Positions 40,489-48,586 of a stretch of 52,929 bases of DNA are shown here, piece after piece; the stretch's first letter is position 1, and each line of letters opens with the position of its first letter. A program made the position numbers and the translations under genes. The notes below the pieces were generated by a model. That model searched no databases. It had not been told where the DNA came from and saw nothing but the letters and a program-made list of their open reading frames with translations. The stretch spans positions 1 to 52,929 of the forward strand of contig CAYGYX010000007.1 in the NCBI GenBank assembly GCA_964354255.1, given 5' to 3'. The DNA comes from an uncultured Acidimicrobiia bacterium (GTDB lineage Bacteria; Actinomycetota; Acidimicrobiia; Spongiisociales; UBA11373).

Positions 40489-40895
40489 TCATCGCCGATA
40501 CCAGCGGGTTGCTCGCCCTGTTCAACCGGCGCGAGCCTGCCCACGTGGCGGTGCGGGCCCACGTCGAGGCAGCGGGCGAGGAGCTCGTGGTCTCGCCCTA
40601 CGTCCTCGCCGAACTCGACTGCCTCCTGGCCACCCGGGTTGGCGGCGATGGTGAGCTGGCCGTGCTTCGAGAGCTGATCGGCGGCGCCTATGTTCTGGCG
40701 AACCTCGAGGCCGAGGAGGTGGCGCGGGCCGTGGAGATAACCGAGCGCTACCGCGACCTGGGGATCGGTATCGCCGACGCCTCATTGGTGGTTCTCGCCG
40801 AGCGGTTCCGGACCAGGACGACCCTCACCCTCGACCGCCGCCGGTTCGAGGTGGTCAGACCCATCGGCGGCGGGCGGTTCAAGATCGTCCCGTGA
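40485..40895 (+). CDS. vapC: PIN-domain VapC toxin, VapC26-like
   Basis: IADTSG, SPYVLAELD, IGIADAS, TLTLDRR acidic tetrad; RPIGGGRF..P C-terminus. Confidence 0.92.
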   Translation: MIIADTSGLLALFNRREPAHVAVRAHVEAAGEELVVSPYVLAELDCLLATRVGGDGELAVLRELIGGAYVLANLEAEEVARAVEITERYRDLGIGIADASLVVLAERFRTRTTLTLDRRRFEVVRPIGGGRFKIVP

Positions 40896-40925
40896 CCGGG
40901 CCGACTCAGGGTGCCGGGGCCCCGA

Positions 40926-41906
40926 TCAGGCGAAGGCCGGCACGACCTCCCGGGCGAAGAGCTCCAACCCCGACAGGTCGTAGGCGGCGTCGGGGAAGTA
41001 GACGATGGCGTAGCCCAGCCCGGCCTCGGCCCACGGGCGCAGCCGCTCGGCCAGCTGCTCCGGGGTCCCCGCCATCTCCGCATACATGGCGGTGGCCCGT
41101 TGCGCCTGCTCCTCCGGGACGACCCGGCGGTAGCGGTCCCTGATCCAGGCGAGCGCGTCGTGGACCTCCCGCTCGGTCTCCCGGCAGACCACGAAGCGGT
41201 TGGTGGAACGCACGATGGCGTCGAAGTCCGTGCCCACCTCGCGACAGTGGCCGGCGAGGATCTCCGACCGGCGGGCGAACTCCTCGGGTGACGGCCCGAA
41301 GTTGGTGTGGGAGGCGTAACGGGCCGCCACCCGCAGGGTCAGCTGCTCGCCGCCTCCCGCCACCCAGATGGGGATGTGGGGCACCTGCACCGGCTTGGGC
41401 CGGCAGATGGCCCCCTGCAGGCGGTAGTGCTTTCCCTCGTAGTGGACCTCGTCCTCGGTCCACAGGCGCCGCATGATCTCGATGGCCTCGCGCAGCTGGC
41501 CGATGCGCGCCGCCGGGCGAGGGAACTCGTAGCCGTAGCCCTCGTACTCGTGCCGGTACCAGCCGGCCCCCATGCCCACATTGAGGCGGCCGCCGGAGAT
41601 GACGTCGACGGTGGCGGCCACCTTGGCCAGGTAGGCCGGCGGCCGGTAGGCGACGCAGGTGCACATCTGGCCCAGCCGCACCCTGTGGGTCGAGGCGGCG
41701 AGCGCCGCCATCAGCGTCCACGCCTCGTGGGTGGCTTCCTGGGAGGGGAGGGGAGTGGTGTGGAAGTGGTCGTAGACCCACAGGGACTCGTACCCCGACC
41801 GCTCGATGGCCGCCGCCACCGAACTGATCGTTTCCCAGTGCTGCTCGGTGGAGATCCCCACCAGGTCCATCCGCCAGCCCTGCGGTACGAAGGCCCCGAA
41901 TCGCAT
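40926..41906 (-). CDS. LLM class flavin/F420-dependent oxidoreductase
   Basis: FGAFVPQGWRMDL, WVYDHFHT, EAWTLMAALA, RLGQMCTC, GAGWY, PIWVAGGGE; ATG 41906 (GTG 41912 alternative). Confidence 0.9.
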   Translation of the reverse strand: MRFGAFVPQGWRMDLVGISTEQHWETISSVAAAIERSGYESLWVYDHFHTTPLPSQEATHEAWTLMAALAASTHRVRLGQMCTCVAYRPPAYLAKVAATVDVISGGRLNVGMGAGWYRHEYEGYGYEFPRPAARIGQLREAIEIMRRLWTEDEVHYEGKHYRLQGAICRPKPVQVPHIPIWVAGGGEQLTLRVAARYASHTNFGPSPEEFARRSEILAGHCREVGTDFDAIVRSTNRFVVCRETEREVHDALAWIRDRYRRVVPEEQAQRATAMYAEMAGTPEQLAERLRPWAEAGLGYAIVYFPDAAYDLSGLELFAREVVPAFA

Positions 41907-41983
41907 TGTCACCTCTGGGTGGTCGACGGCCGGTATGCCCTGGCCGGCAGGTTAGGTGGGGCGCAGGCGGGCCCGGCGATGGT

Positions 41984-42694
41984 TCAGCCCTGGATGAGGC
42001 CGATGGCCACCGGTTGCTGTTCGGACGAGACCACCCCGCCGGCCACTTCCACGGTGAGGGCGAAGCCGGCTACCTCTCCCGATACGTGGAAGGCAGCCAC
42101 TTCCGGGGCCGGCCCGAGCACCCCGGCGGAGATCACTCGCTCGCCGACGATGGCCCACAGCTGGTAGGTCCCGTCGCCGGGAAGAGCCGGCGCCTCGGGG
42201 GTGAGGACGTACCCGGTGCCGTCGGCGGCGAGCACTACCTCGGCCTGCACCTCTCCGGACAGGGGGATGATCTGCGACCCTTCCTGCCCCCGGGCCTCGG
42301 CCGCGGCCACAGCCAGCGGGTTCTCCTCGAAGTCGGTGATGCGGGTGTGCTGGTGGACGGCCACAACCGCCAGCACGACCCCCGCCGCGAGGCTGGTGGT
42401 CGCCACGGCGGCACTGAGCCAGCGACGCCACCAGGATGGGTGGAGCGCCGGCCGGGCGGGCGCCAGTGGCCCGGTGGCCGCGGCGATCCTGGTCCAAAGG
42501 GTGGCCGGTGCCCGATCGGCCGGGTCGACCGCTCCCTCGGCGAGGGCAGCCGCCACCGCCAAGTCGAGTCCGGCGGCCTGTGCCAGTGACGGGTCCGAAG
42601 CTAGGGCAGCCTCGACCCGGCGGCGCTCCTCGAGGCTCAGCGCGTCGAGCGCGTAGGCACCGAGCAGGCTCTCGACATCCTCGCGATCGATCAT
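41984..42694 (-). CDS. rskA: Anti-sigma factor RskA-like
   Basis: LLGAYALDAL N-terminal ASD, single TM, TYQLWAI..SAGVL..FALTVEVAGG RskA C-terminal domain. Confidence 0.85.
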   Translation of the reverse strand: MIDREDVESLLGAYALDALSLEERRRVEAALASDPSLAQAAGLDLAVAAALAEGAVDPADRAPATLWTRIAAATGPLAPARPALHPSWWRRWLSAAVATTSLAAGVVLAVVAVHQHTRITDFEENPLAVAAAEARGQEGSQIIPLSGEVQAEVVLAADGTGYVLTPEAPALPGDGTYQLWAIVGERVISAGVLGPAPEVAAFHVSGEVAGFALTVEVAGGVVSSEQQPVAIGLIQG

Positions 42695-43245
42695 GTCAGT
42701 CCTTCTTGCAGCAGCGGCCCTCGCAGGCGCTCCAGGCCCCGCCGTATGCGGCTCTTCACAGTGCCCTCGGGCTCACCCAGGTGGCGGGCCACCTCCTGGT
42801 AGGTCAGGCCGCCGTAGAAGGCGAGCATCACCGCGTCCCGTTCTGCGACGGGCAGTCCCCGGAGAGCGGAACGAACTCGCTCCGAGCGGATCGAGGACCA
42901 CACCTCTTGTTCGGGGCCGGGGACCTGGTCGGATGCCTGCGATTGCTCTCGTTCCTCGCGCGCCCGTCGGGCGGTCTCGGTCCGGAGGAGGTCAACCGCC
43001 CTGCCGTGCGCGTCACGCAGCAGGAAGGCCCGCAGCGGGGCGCGCTGTGGGTCGAAGCGGCCCGGATCGCGCCAGAAGCGGACGAACACCTCCTGGGTGA
43101 CCTCCTCGGCGAGTCCCGGGTTGCGCAGAACCCGGCGGGCCAGCCCCAGCACGGCCCCCGCGTGACGTTGATAGACGACCTCGAGCGCCCCGTGGTCCCC
43201 GGCGGCCGCCGCCGCGGCGAGGGCTTCATCGCTGAGTGAGGCCAC
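42691..43245 (-). CDS. sigK: ECF sigma factor, SigK-like
   Basis: AEEVTQEVF..W..FDPQR, AHGRAVD, LAFYGGLTYQEVA, GTVKSRIRRGL; coupled to rskA. Confidence 0.82.
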   Translation of the reverse strand: MASLSDEALAAAAAAGDHGALEVVYQRHAGAVLGLARRVLRNPGLAEEVTQEVFVRFWRDPGRFDPQRAPLRAFLLRDAHGRAVDLLRTETARRAREEREQSQASDQVPGPEQEVWSSIRSERVRSALRGLPVAERDAVMLAFYGGLTYQEVARHLGEPEGTVKSRIRRGLERLRGPLLQEGLT

Positions 43246-43286
43246 GGGCTCTGTGATAGCAGCGTGCCGTGTCTTAGGGAAACCGA

Positions 43287-43311
43287 CATCCGGCGGCAGC
43301 CTGGCTCCGAA
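43287..43311 (+). promoter_or_regulatory. Putative SigK-type promoter for the DUF4397-sortase operon
   Basis: CATCC-N15-CCGAA, resembling the SigK -35/-10 consensus as recalled. Confidence 0.55.
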
Positions 43312-43344
43312 TGACGGGTGTCCCTAACAACAAGGAGATCGGAA

Positions 43345-44154
43345 ATGCGCAAGTTGATGTTGATGTTGGCAGTGGGCGCCCTGGTGGCGTTCGCCGCCCT
43401 CCCCGCTTCGGCGCAGGAAGGCGCCCAGGTGTCCGTGATCCACGGCATCCCCGGGCTGACCGTCGACGTGTTCGTCAACGGTGAGCTCACGCTGGAGGGC
43501 TTCGAGCCCGGCGACGTCGCCGGCCCGCTCACCCTGCCGGCCGGCGACTACGAACTGGCCATTGCCCCCACCGGGGCCGGCATCGATGCGGCGGTCCTCA
43601 CCGGCACTGCCTCGGTGACCGACGGGCTGAACGCCTCGATCGCCGCCTACCTGAGCGAGATGGGCGAGCCCGGCATCGCCATCTTCGTGAATGACACCTC
43701 GGCCATCGCCGCCGGGCAGTCCCGCCTGGTGGTGCGCCACATCGCCGCTGCCCCGACGGTCGACATCCTGCTGGCGGACGGCACGCCGCTCTTCGAGGGC
43801 GTCACCAACTTCGCCAACGGCGAGCCGTTCGAGGGGCAGGCCGACGTCCCGGCCGGCGCCTACGACGTGCGCATTGCCCCGGCCGGCGCCGGGGTGGACG
43901 CCGCGGTGTTCTCGGCCGACGGCGTCGAGCTGCCCGAGGGCACGGCCCGCATCGTCTACGCCACCGGCAGCCTCGCCGAAGGCTCCTTCGGCCTGGTGAT
44001 CCAGGACATCGCCGGCCTGGGGGAGACCCCCGGCGGAGTTCCCACCGGCGACCTGACCTCCAGCGGCCTGCCGCTCTGGATGTTCCTGGCCGGCGGGTTC
44101 GCCCTGCTCATGCTGGCGGCGGTGCCCGTGGTGGCCGTCCGCCGGAGCCGGTGA
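43345..44154 (+). CDS. DUF4397 surface protein with VPTG sorting signal
   Basis: Signal peptide (ASA-Q), two repeats (VSVIHGIPGLTVDVFVNG; LVVRHIAAAPTVDILLADG), GGVPTG + TM + RRSR tail; AAGGAG SD. Confidence 0.85.
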   Translation: MRKLMLMLAVGALVAFAALPASAQEGAQVSVIHGIPGLTVDVFVNGELTLEGFEPGDVAGPLTLPAGDYELAIAPTGAGIDAAVLTGTASVTDGLNASIAAYLSEMGEPGIAIFVNDTSAIAAGQSRLVVRHIAAAPTVDILLADGTPLFEGVTNFANGEPFEGQADVPAGAYDVRIAPAGAGVDAAVFSADGVELPEGTARIVYATGSLAEGSFGLVIQDIAGLGETPGGVPTGDLTSSGLPLWMFLAGGFALLMLAAVPVVAVRRSR

Positions 44155-45014
44155 CCCGACTCCACCGACGTACGGGCTCGGGGAAGCCGCTTCGGCGGCT
44201 TCCCCGGCCGCGTCTCCTCTCCCTCACCCTGGGCACTGCCGGGGTGGTGGTGATCGTCGCCGGCCTCTTCCTCCAGGGCTCCACACCGGCGGTCGACCCC
44301 ACGCCGCCGCAGGGGTACGGATCCGTTGTCGGCCCGGCACCGGAACCCGCTTCGGCTTCCTCGACCGGGAACTCCTCCGCAGACAGCCCGGATGGCGGCC
44401 TCCTCCCCGACGCCTCGGCCACCACGGTGCCGCCACCCGAAGACGACCGGACACCCGCCCCCCTGGTGCCGGTAGCCCCGGGAAGCCTCGAGGATTTGCC
44501 GGGCGAGGACCGGGCCGAGCCGACGCGCCTGGTCATCCCCGCCCTGGATATCGACGCTCCCATCCAGGCCGTAGGTGTCACCGGCGGGGAGATGGAGGTG
44601 CCGCCGCGGGCCGACCTGGTGGCCTGGTACCGCTTCGGGCCGATCCCCGGGGCACCCGGCTCGGCGGTGCTCGCCGCCCACGTCTCGTGGGGCGGCGAGC
44701 GGGGGGCGTTCTACCACCTCCGCGACCTTCCCCGGGGGGCGGAGGTCGAAGTGCGGTTCGCCGATGGCTCAGTGCGCCGCTTTCGCTCGGTGGCGCTCGC
44801 CGCCTACGACAAGAGCGACCTCCCGGTGGAGCGGATCTTCGAGCGGCGGGGCGAACCGGTACTGACGTTGATCACCTGCGGAGGCGCCTTCAACCAATCG
44901 CTGCACAGTTTCGAGCAGAACGTGGTGGCCTCCGCGGTGCCGGCCGAGCAGGCAGACGCCGAGGAGGCGGACGCCGCAGAGCCGACGGTCGGCGACGCGC
45001 CGGGCCCCTCCTAG
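44151..45014 (+). CDS. Class F sortase
   Basis: PTRLVIPALDIDAPI, VAWY, GSAVLAAHV, LTLITCGG, NVVASA; N-terminal TM; GTGA overlap with substrate gene. Confidence 0.9.
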   Translation: MTRLHRRTGSGKPLRRLPRPRLLSLTLGTAGVVVIVAGLFLQGSTPAVDPTPPQGYGSVVGPAPEPASASSTGNSSADSPDGGLLPDASATTVPPPEDDRTPAPLVPVAPGSLEDLPGEDRAEPTRLVIPALDIDAPIQAVGVTGGEMEVPPRADLVAWYRFGPIPGAPGSAVLAAHVSWGGERGAFYHLRDLPRGAEVEVRFADGSVRRFRSVALAAYDKSDLPVERIFERRGEPVLTLITCGGAFNQSLHSFEQNVVASAVPAEQADAEEADAAEPTVGDAPGPS

Positions 45015-45056
45015 CCGGCCGGCCGATTTGCCGGCGGTCCAGTGGCGTTGTCCCGC

Positions 45057-46322
45057 CTATGCCGGCCGCTGCGCCCAGAAGCGCTCGGCGGCCGCCTTCA
45101 TTGCCTCGACGAGAGGCAGGGGCTTGCCGCTCAGGTAGCGGATGAGGGCACCGCCGCCGGTGCTGACCACGTCGATGCGGCTGGTGTCGACGAACCGCTT
45201 GGCGCTGGAGACGGTGTCGCCGCCGCCGATGACGGTGTGGGCGGAGGTGTCGGCCACTGCCTGCCAGAGCGCCCGGGTGCCGGCCTGGGTGTTGGGGTTC
45301 TCATAGGCCCCGGGCGGCCCGTTCACGAAGACGGTGGCGGCCTGCCCGATCATCTCCGAGTAGGCGGCGATGGTCTGGGCCCCGATGTCGAGGAGCAGGT
45401 GCTCGGTGGGCAGGTCCTGCACCGCCACCTCGATTCGCTTCCCGTCCACCTCCATTGCCAGGTCGGTGGGCAGGTGGATGATGCCCGGGTAGGCGGCGAG
45501 GTGTGTCCTGGCCTCCTCGACGAAGCCGGCGAGGTTGCGGTCGCGGATGAAGCGCTCCGAAGCCTCGCCCAGCGAGACCCCGCGGGCGAGGAGGAACACG
45601 TGGCCGGTGACCCCGGCGGTGAGCACCACGTCGGCGGTGCCGTCGGCCAGCACCTTGCCCAGCATGCCGAAGGCGTCGGAGATCTTCAGGCCGCCCAGCA
45701 AGTAGAGGCAGGGCCGCCGCGGGGCATCGGCCACCGCGGTGAGGGCATCGATCTCCGCCGTCAACAGCCTTCCGGCCGCCGTCGGCAGCACCTCCTGGAA
45801 GGCGACCATCGACGGGGAGGCGCGATGGGCGGCGGCGAAAGCGTCGTTCACGTAGTAGTCGAACAGGGGGGCCAGGTTGCGTACCAGGTAGGTGCCCGCC
45901 ATCTGCTGCGGGGTGAGCTTGACGTCCCGCTCGAAGGTGGACACCTCCTCGGTCAGGTAGCGCAGGTTGTCGAGCAGCAGGATCTCCCCGCTCCCCAGGT
46001 CGGCGATCGCTCGACGCGCCGCCGGCCCGGCCACGTCGTCGATGAAGCCGACCGGCCGCCCCAGCCGCTCGGCCAGGGCGGTGGCGTGCTGGGACAGGCC
46101 GGTGAGGTTGTGGTAGTCGAGGGTGTCGCCCTGGTGGGCGATGAGCACCAGCCGGGCGCCCCGGTCGGCCAGGTCGCGGATGGTGGGCAGGCTCTTGTCG
46201 ATCCGGTTGAAGTCGGCCAGCAGGCCGGTCTGGCGGTCGATGGGGGAGTTGATGTCGACTCGCAGCAGCACCGCCTGGCCGGCGACCTCCAGGTCGTCGA
46301 TCGAGGGGATGCGGTCGGCCAT
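45057..46322 (-). CDS. pgk: Phosphoglycerate kinase family protein, archaeal-type
   Basis: LRVDINSP, LLDNLRY, NDAFAAAHR, GGLKISD, NGPPGAYE, GGGDT, STGGGA; ATG overlaps gap stop (TGATG). Confidence 0.88.
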   Translation of the reverse strand: MADRIPSIDDLEVAGQAVLLRVDINSPIDRQTGLLADFNRIDKSLPTIRDLADRGARLVLIAHQGDTLDYHNLTGLSQHATALAERLGRPVGFIDDVAGPAARRAIADLGSGEILLLDNLRYLTEEVSTFERDVKLTPQQMAGTYLVRNLAPLFDYYVNDAFAAAHRASPSMVAFQEVLPTAAGRLLTAEIDALTAVADAPRRPCLYLLGGLKISDAFGMLGKVLADGTADVVLTAGVTGHVFLLARGVSLGEASERFIRDRNLAGFVEEARTHLAAYPGIIHLPTDLAMEVDGKRIEVAVQDLPTEHLLLDIGAQTIAAYSEMIGQAATVFVNGPPGAYENPNTQAGTRALWQAVADTSAHTVIGGGDTVSSAKRFVDTSRIDVVSTGGGALIRYLSGKPLPLVEAMKAAAERFWAQRPA

Positions 46323-47341
46323 CAGGCCATTCCCAGGTACCGGTTGGTCAGCGCCACCGCCTCCGCCCCATCGGTCTGCATGGGGATGGACGCCCGGATG
46401 GCGTCGATCGTCTCGGGGATGACCACCGACTCCTGGGGGATGTTGATGGCGAACATGAGGTCGTCGCCGGAGAAGCCGATGGCCTCCTCCCATACCCCGG
46501 TCTCGTACATGTCGCCGCGGGGGTGGCCCAGGAAGCGGGCGTAGTTGAACAGCGAGGTGTTGGTGGTGAACCCGTCGGCCATGCGGACCACTCGCAGTCG
46601 CGGATGGGCCCGGAAGACCTCGAGCGCCTCCTCCTTGGTGGGCTTGCGCTTGAGGCTGGCTACCAGGGTGATGATGTGCCCGTGGGTGACCGGGGTGTGG
46701 ACCAGGATCCCGGTGGCGTCCACGTGCGGCATGATGTGCATCAGGTCCTTGGCCTGGTGGTTGGGGATCGGCTCGATCAGCAGGCAGTCGACCAGCCCGC
46801 GGTGCGTGTCGCCCGGGTCGGCGACCCGGCGGATGATGGTGATCGCCACCTTGGTCACCCCGAAGGACCGGTCTAGGGCGTCGACCGCCCGGACCAGGCC
46901 GGTGGTGTTGCAGGAGGTCAGCTTCAGGTAGTCCTTGCCCACGCCCTGGGCGTAGTTGGCGTACCCGTGGAAGAAGACGTCGGCGATCTCCCCCTTCTCC
47001 CCGCCTTGGAAGACGGCCTTGAGCCCGGCGGCGACGTAGAGCTCCTTGTTCTTCGCCCCGACCCCTCCCGGCGCGGAGTCGAGCATGATGTCGACGCTGC
47101 CGATCAGGTCGGCGAAGGAGCCCGACACCGGGATCCCGGCCTTCTCGAGGCGGTCGGCGGCGTCGGGGGCGGCGGCGAACATCCGGTAGGGCATGCCCCG
47201 CTCCTTCAGGGCTTGCACCGCCAGGGTGGGTGCCACGTCGGCGACGCCGACCAGCTCCATGTCCTCCTGGCGGGCCACGCCGTCCGCCAGGCGCTGCCCG
47301 ATCACTCCGAACCCGGCTACCCCGACCCGAACCTTCGTCAT
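46322..47341 (-). CDS. gap: Type II (archaeal-type) phosphorylating glyceraldehyde-3-phosphate dehydrogenase
   Basis: GVAGFGVIGQRLAD, FQGGEK, SCNTTGL (not the bacterial SCTTNCL), IRRVADP, QESVVIPETIDAIRA. Confidence 0.9.
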   Translation of the reverse strand: MTKVRVGVAGFGVIGQRLADGVARQEDMELVGVADVAPTLAVQALKERGMPYRMFAAAPDAADRLEKAGIPVSGSFADLIGSVDIMLDSAPGGVGAKNKELYVAAGLKAVFQGGEKGEIADVFFHGYANYAQGVGKDYLKLTSCNTTGLVRAVDALDRSFGVTKVAITIIRRVADPGDTHRGLVDCLLIEPIPNHQAKDLMHIMPHVDATGILVHTPVTHGHIITLVASLKRKPTKEEALEVFRAHPRLRVVRMADGFTTNTSLFNYARFLGHPRGDMYETGVWEEAIGFSGDDLMFAINIPQESVVIPETIDAIRASIPMQTDGAEAVALTNRYLGMA

Positions 47342-47418
47342 CGTTCCTCCTCGTGCCTGCAGGCTGCTGCTCGTTGTCCGGCCCTTCCCAGACCGGTCGG
47401 GAGATCCCTATCGGGGGG

Positions 47419-48429
47419 TCACGGACTGTACTGGGCCACCGGCTGGGGCTGCCCGGTCTCGGCCGACCGGACGACCGCCTCGAGGATGGCCACGTTGCCC
47501 AACCTATGCTGGTTGGTGAAGCGGTAGGCGACGCGGCCGGCGACTGCGTCGGCCCAGTGCTCGTAGCCGGCTTTGACCGGGCTGGCTGGTTCGAAGTCGT
47601 GGCGGGTCTGCTGAGTGTCGCCGCGCCGGCGGACGTAGAACTGGGTGGTGCCGCCCGGGTCAACGTGCTGGGTCTCACGGGCCTCCGCCCAGGCGTGGCT
47701 CCCGAACACGGCGAATCGGGCGTAGTCGGGGGTGGCCGACAGGGCAGCGATGTGCCCGGTGGTGCCGTCGCCGAAACGCAGGTGCACCGAGACCACGTCG
47801 CCGGTGGGGATGACCAGGATGCGTTTGGCGGTGTGAGCCTGCACCTCGAGCACCGGCTCCACCAGGCTGAGCATCATGTCGCTGAGGTGGACCCCCATGC
47901 CGGTCCAGCCGGCGGCGGGGGCTTCTTCCTTGCTGCCCCGCCAGTTGTCGGCCGCCATGTTGAGCCAGCGGTCGTGGCTCCAGTGGGCTTCCATGTGAAG
48001 GATGGTGCCCAGCTCGCCCGAGTCGGCCATCCGCTTGATCTCCTCCCAGGCGGGCTCGAAGCGCCGCTCGTGGCCGATGCCCAGCACAATGCCCGCCCGG
48101 TCGCAGGCCTCGATCATCTTCCGGGCGCTGTCCACCATCAGGGCCAGGGGCTTCTCGCAGAAGATCTGTTTGCCGGCGGCGGCGGCCTGCAGCACCGCGA
48201 CCTCATGGAGGCGGTGGGGGATGGTGAGGATGACCGCCTCGATCGCCGGGTCGTCCAGCACCTGTTGGAAGTCGGCCAGCACCGGCAGACCGTGGGCATC
48301 CCGGTACCGCTGGGCGACCTCGGGCGACGGGTCGACCCCGCAGACGATCTCGATCTTCTCGCTGCCCTTGAGGGCCTTGGTGACCTGGCTTCCCCACCAG
48401 CCGAGCCCGACCTGGGCCGTCTTCAGCAT
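47419..48429 (-). CDS. Gfo/Idh/MocA family oxidoreductase
   Basis: VGLGWWG, IFCEKPLA, GHERRFEP, GVHLSD. Confidence 0.9.
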   Translation of the reverse strand: MLKTAQVGLGWWGSQVTKALKGSEKIEIVCGVDPSPEVAQRYRDAHGLPVLADFQQVLDDPAIEAVILTIPHRLHEVAVLQAAAAGKQIFCEKPLALMVDSARKMIEACDRAGIVLGIGHERRFEPAWEEIKRMADSGELGTILHMEAHWSHDRWLNMAADNWRGSKEEAPAAGWTGMGVHLSDMMLSLVEPVLEVQAHTAKRILVIPTGDVVSVHLRFGDGTTGHIAALSATPDYARFAVFGSHAWAEARETQHVDPGGTTQFYVRRRGDTQQTRHDFEPASPVKAGYEHWADAVAGRVAYRFTNQHRLGNVAILEAVVRSAETGQPQPVAQYSP

Positions 48430-48586
48430 GCTGCCCTCTCCTTCACTGCGGTCCGCCCCGCCGGCTGGGCCGGGCCCTCGGGGCCGCAGGATACCCGCCT
48501 TCGCGGTACCCCTTCGGGGGTGACGGTGGCTGCGGTCGCGTTGCGGGCGGCGGATGGCCGGGAAGGGTGGGCGCCGCCGGCCGGGC

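Noticed and set aside
45057-47678. 873-aa ORF suggesting a large PGK fusion
   Set aside because: The N-terminal 452 aa is an alternate frame over gap; PGK starts at ATG 46322.
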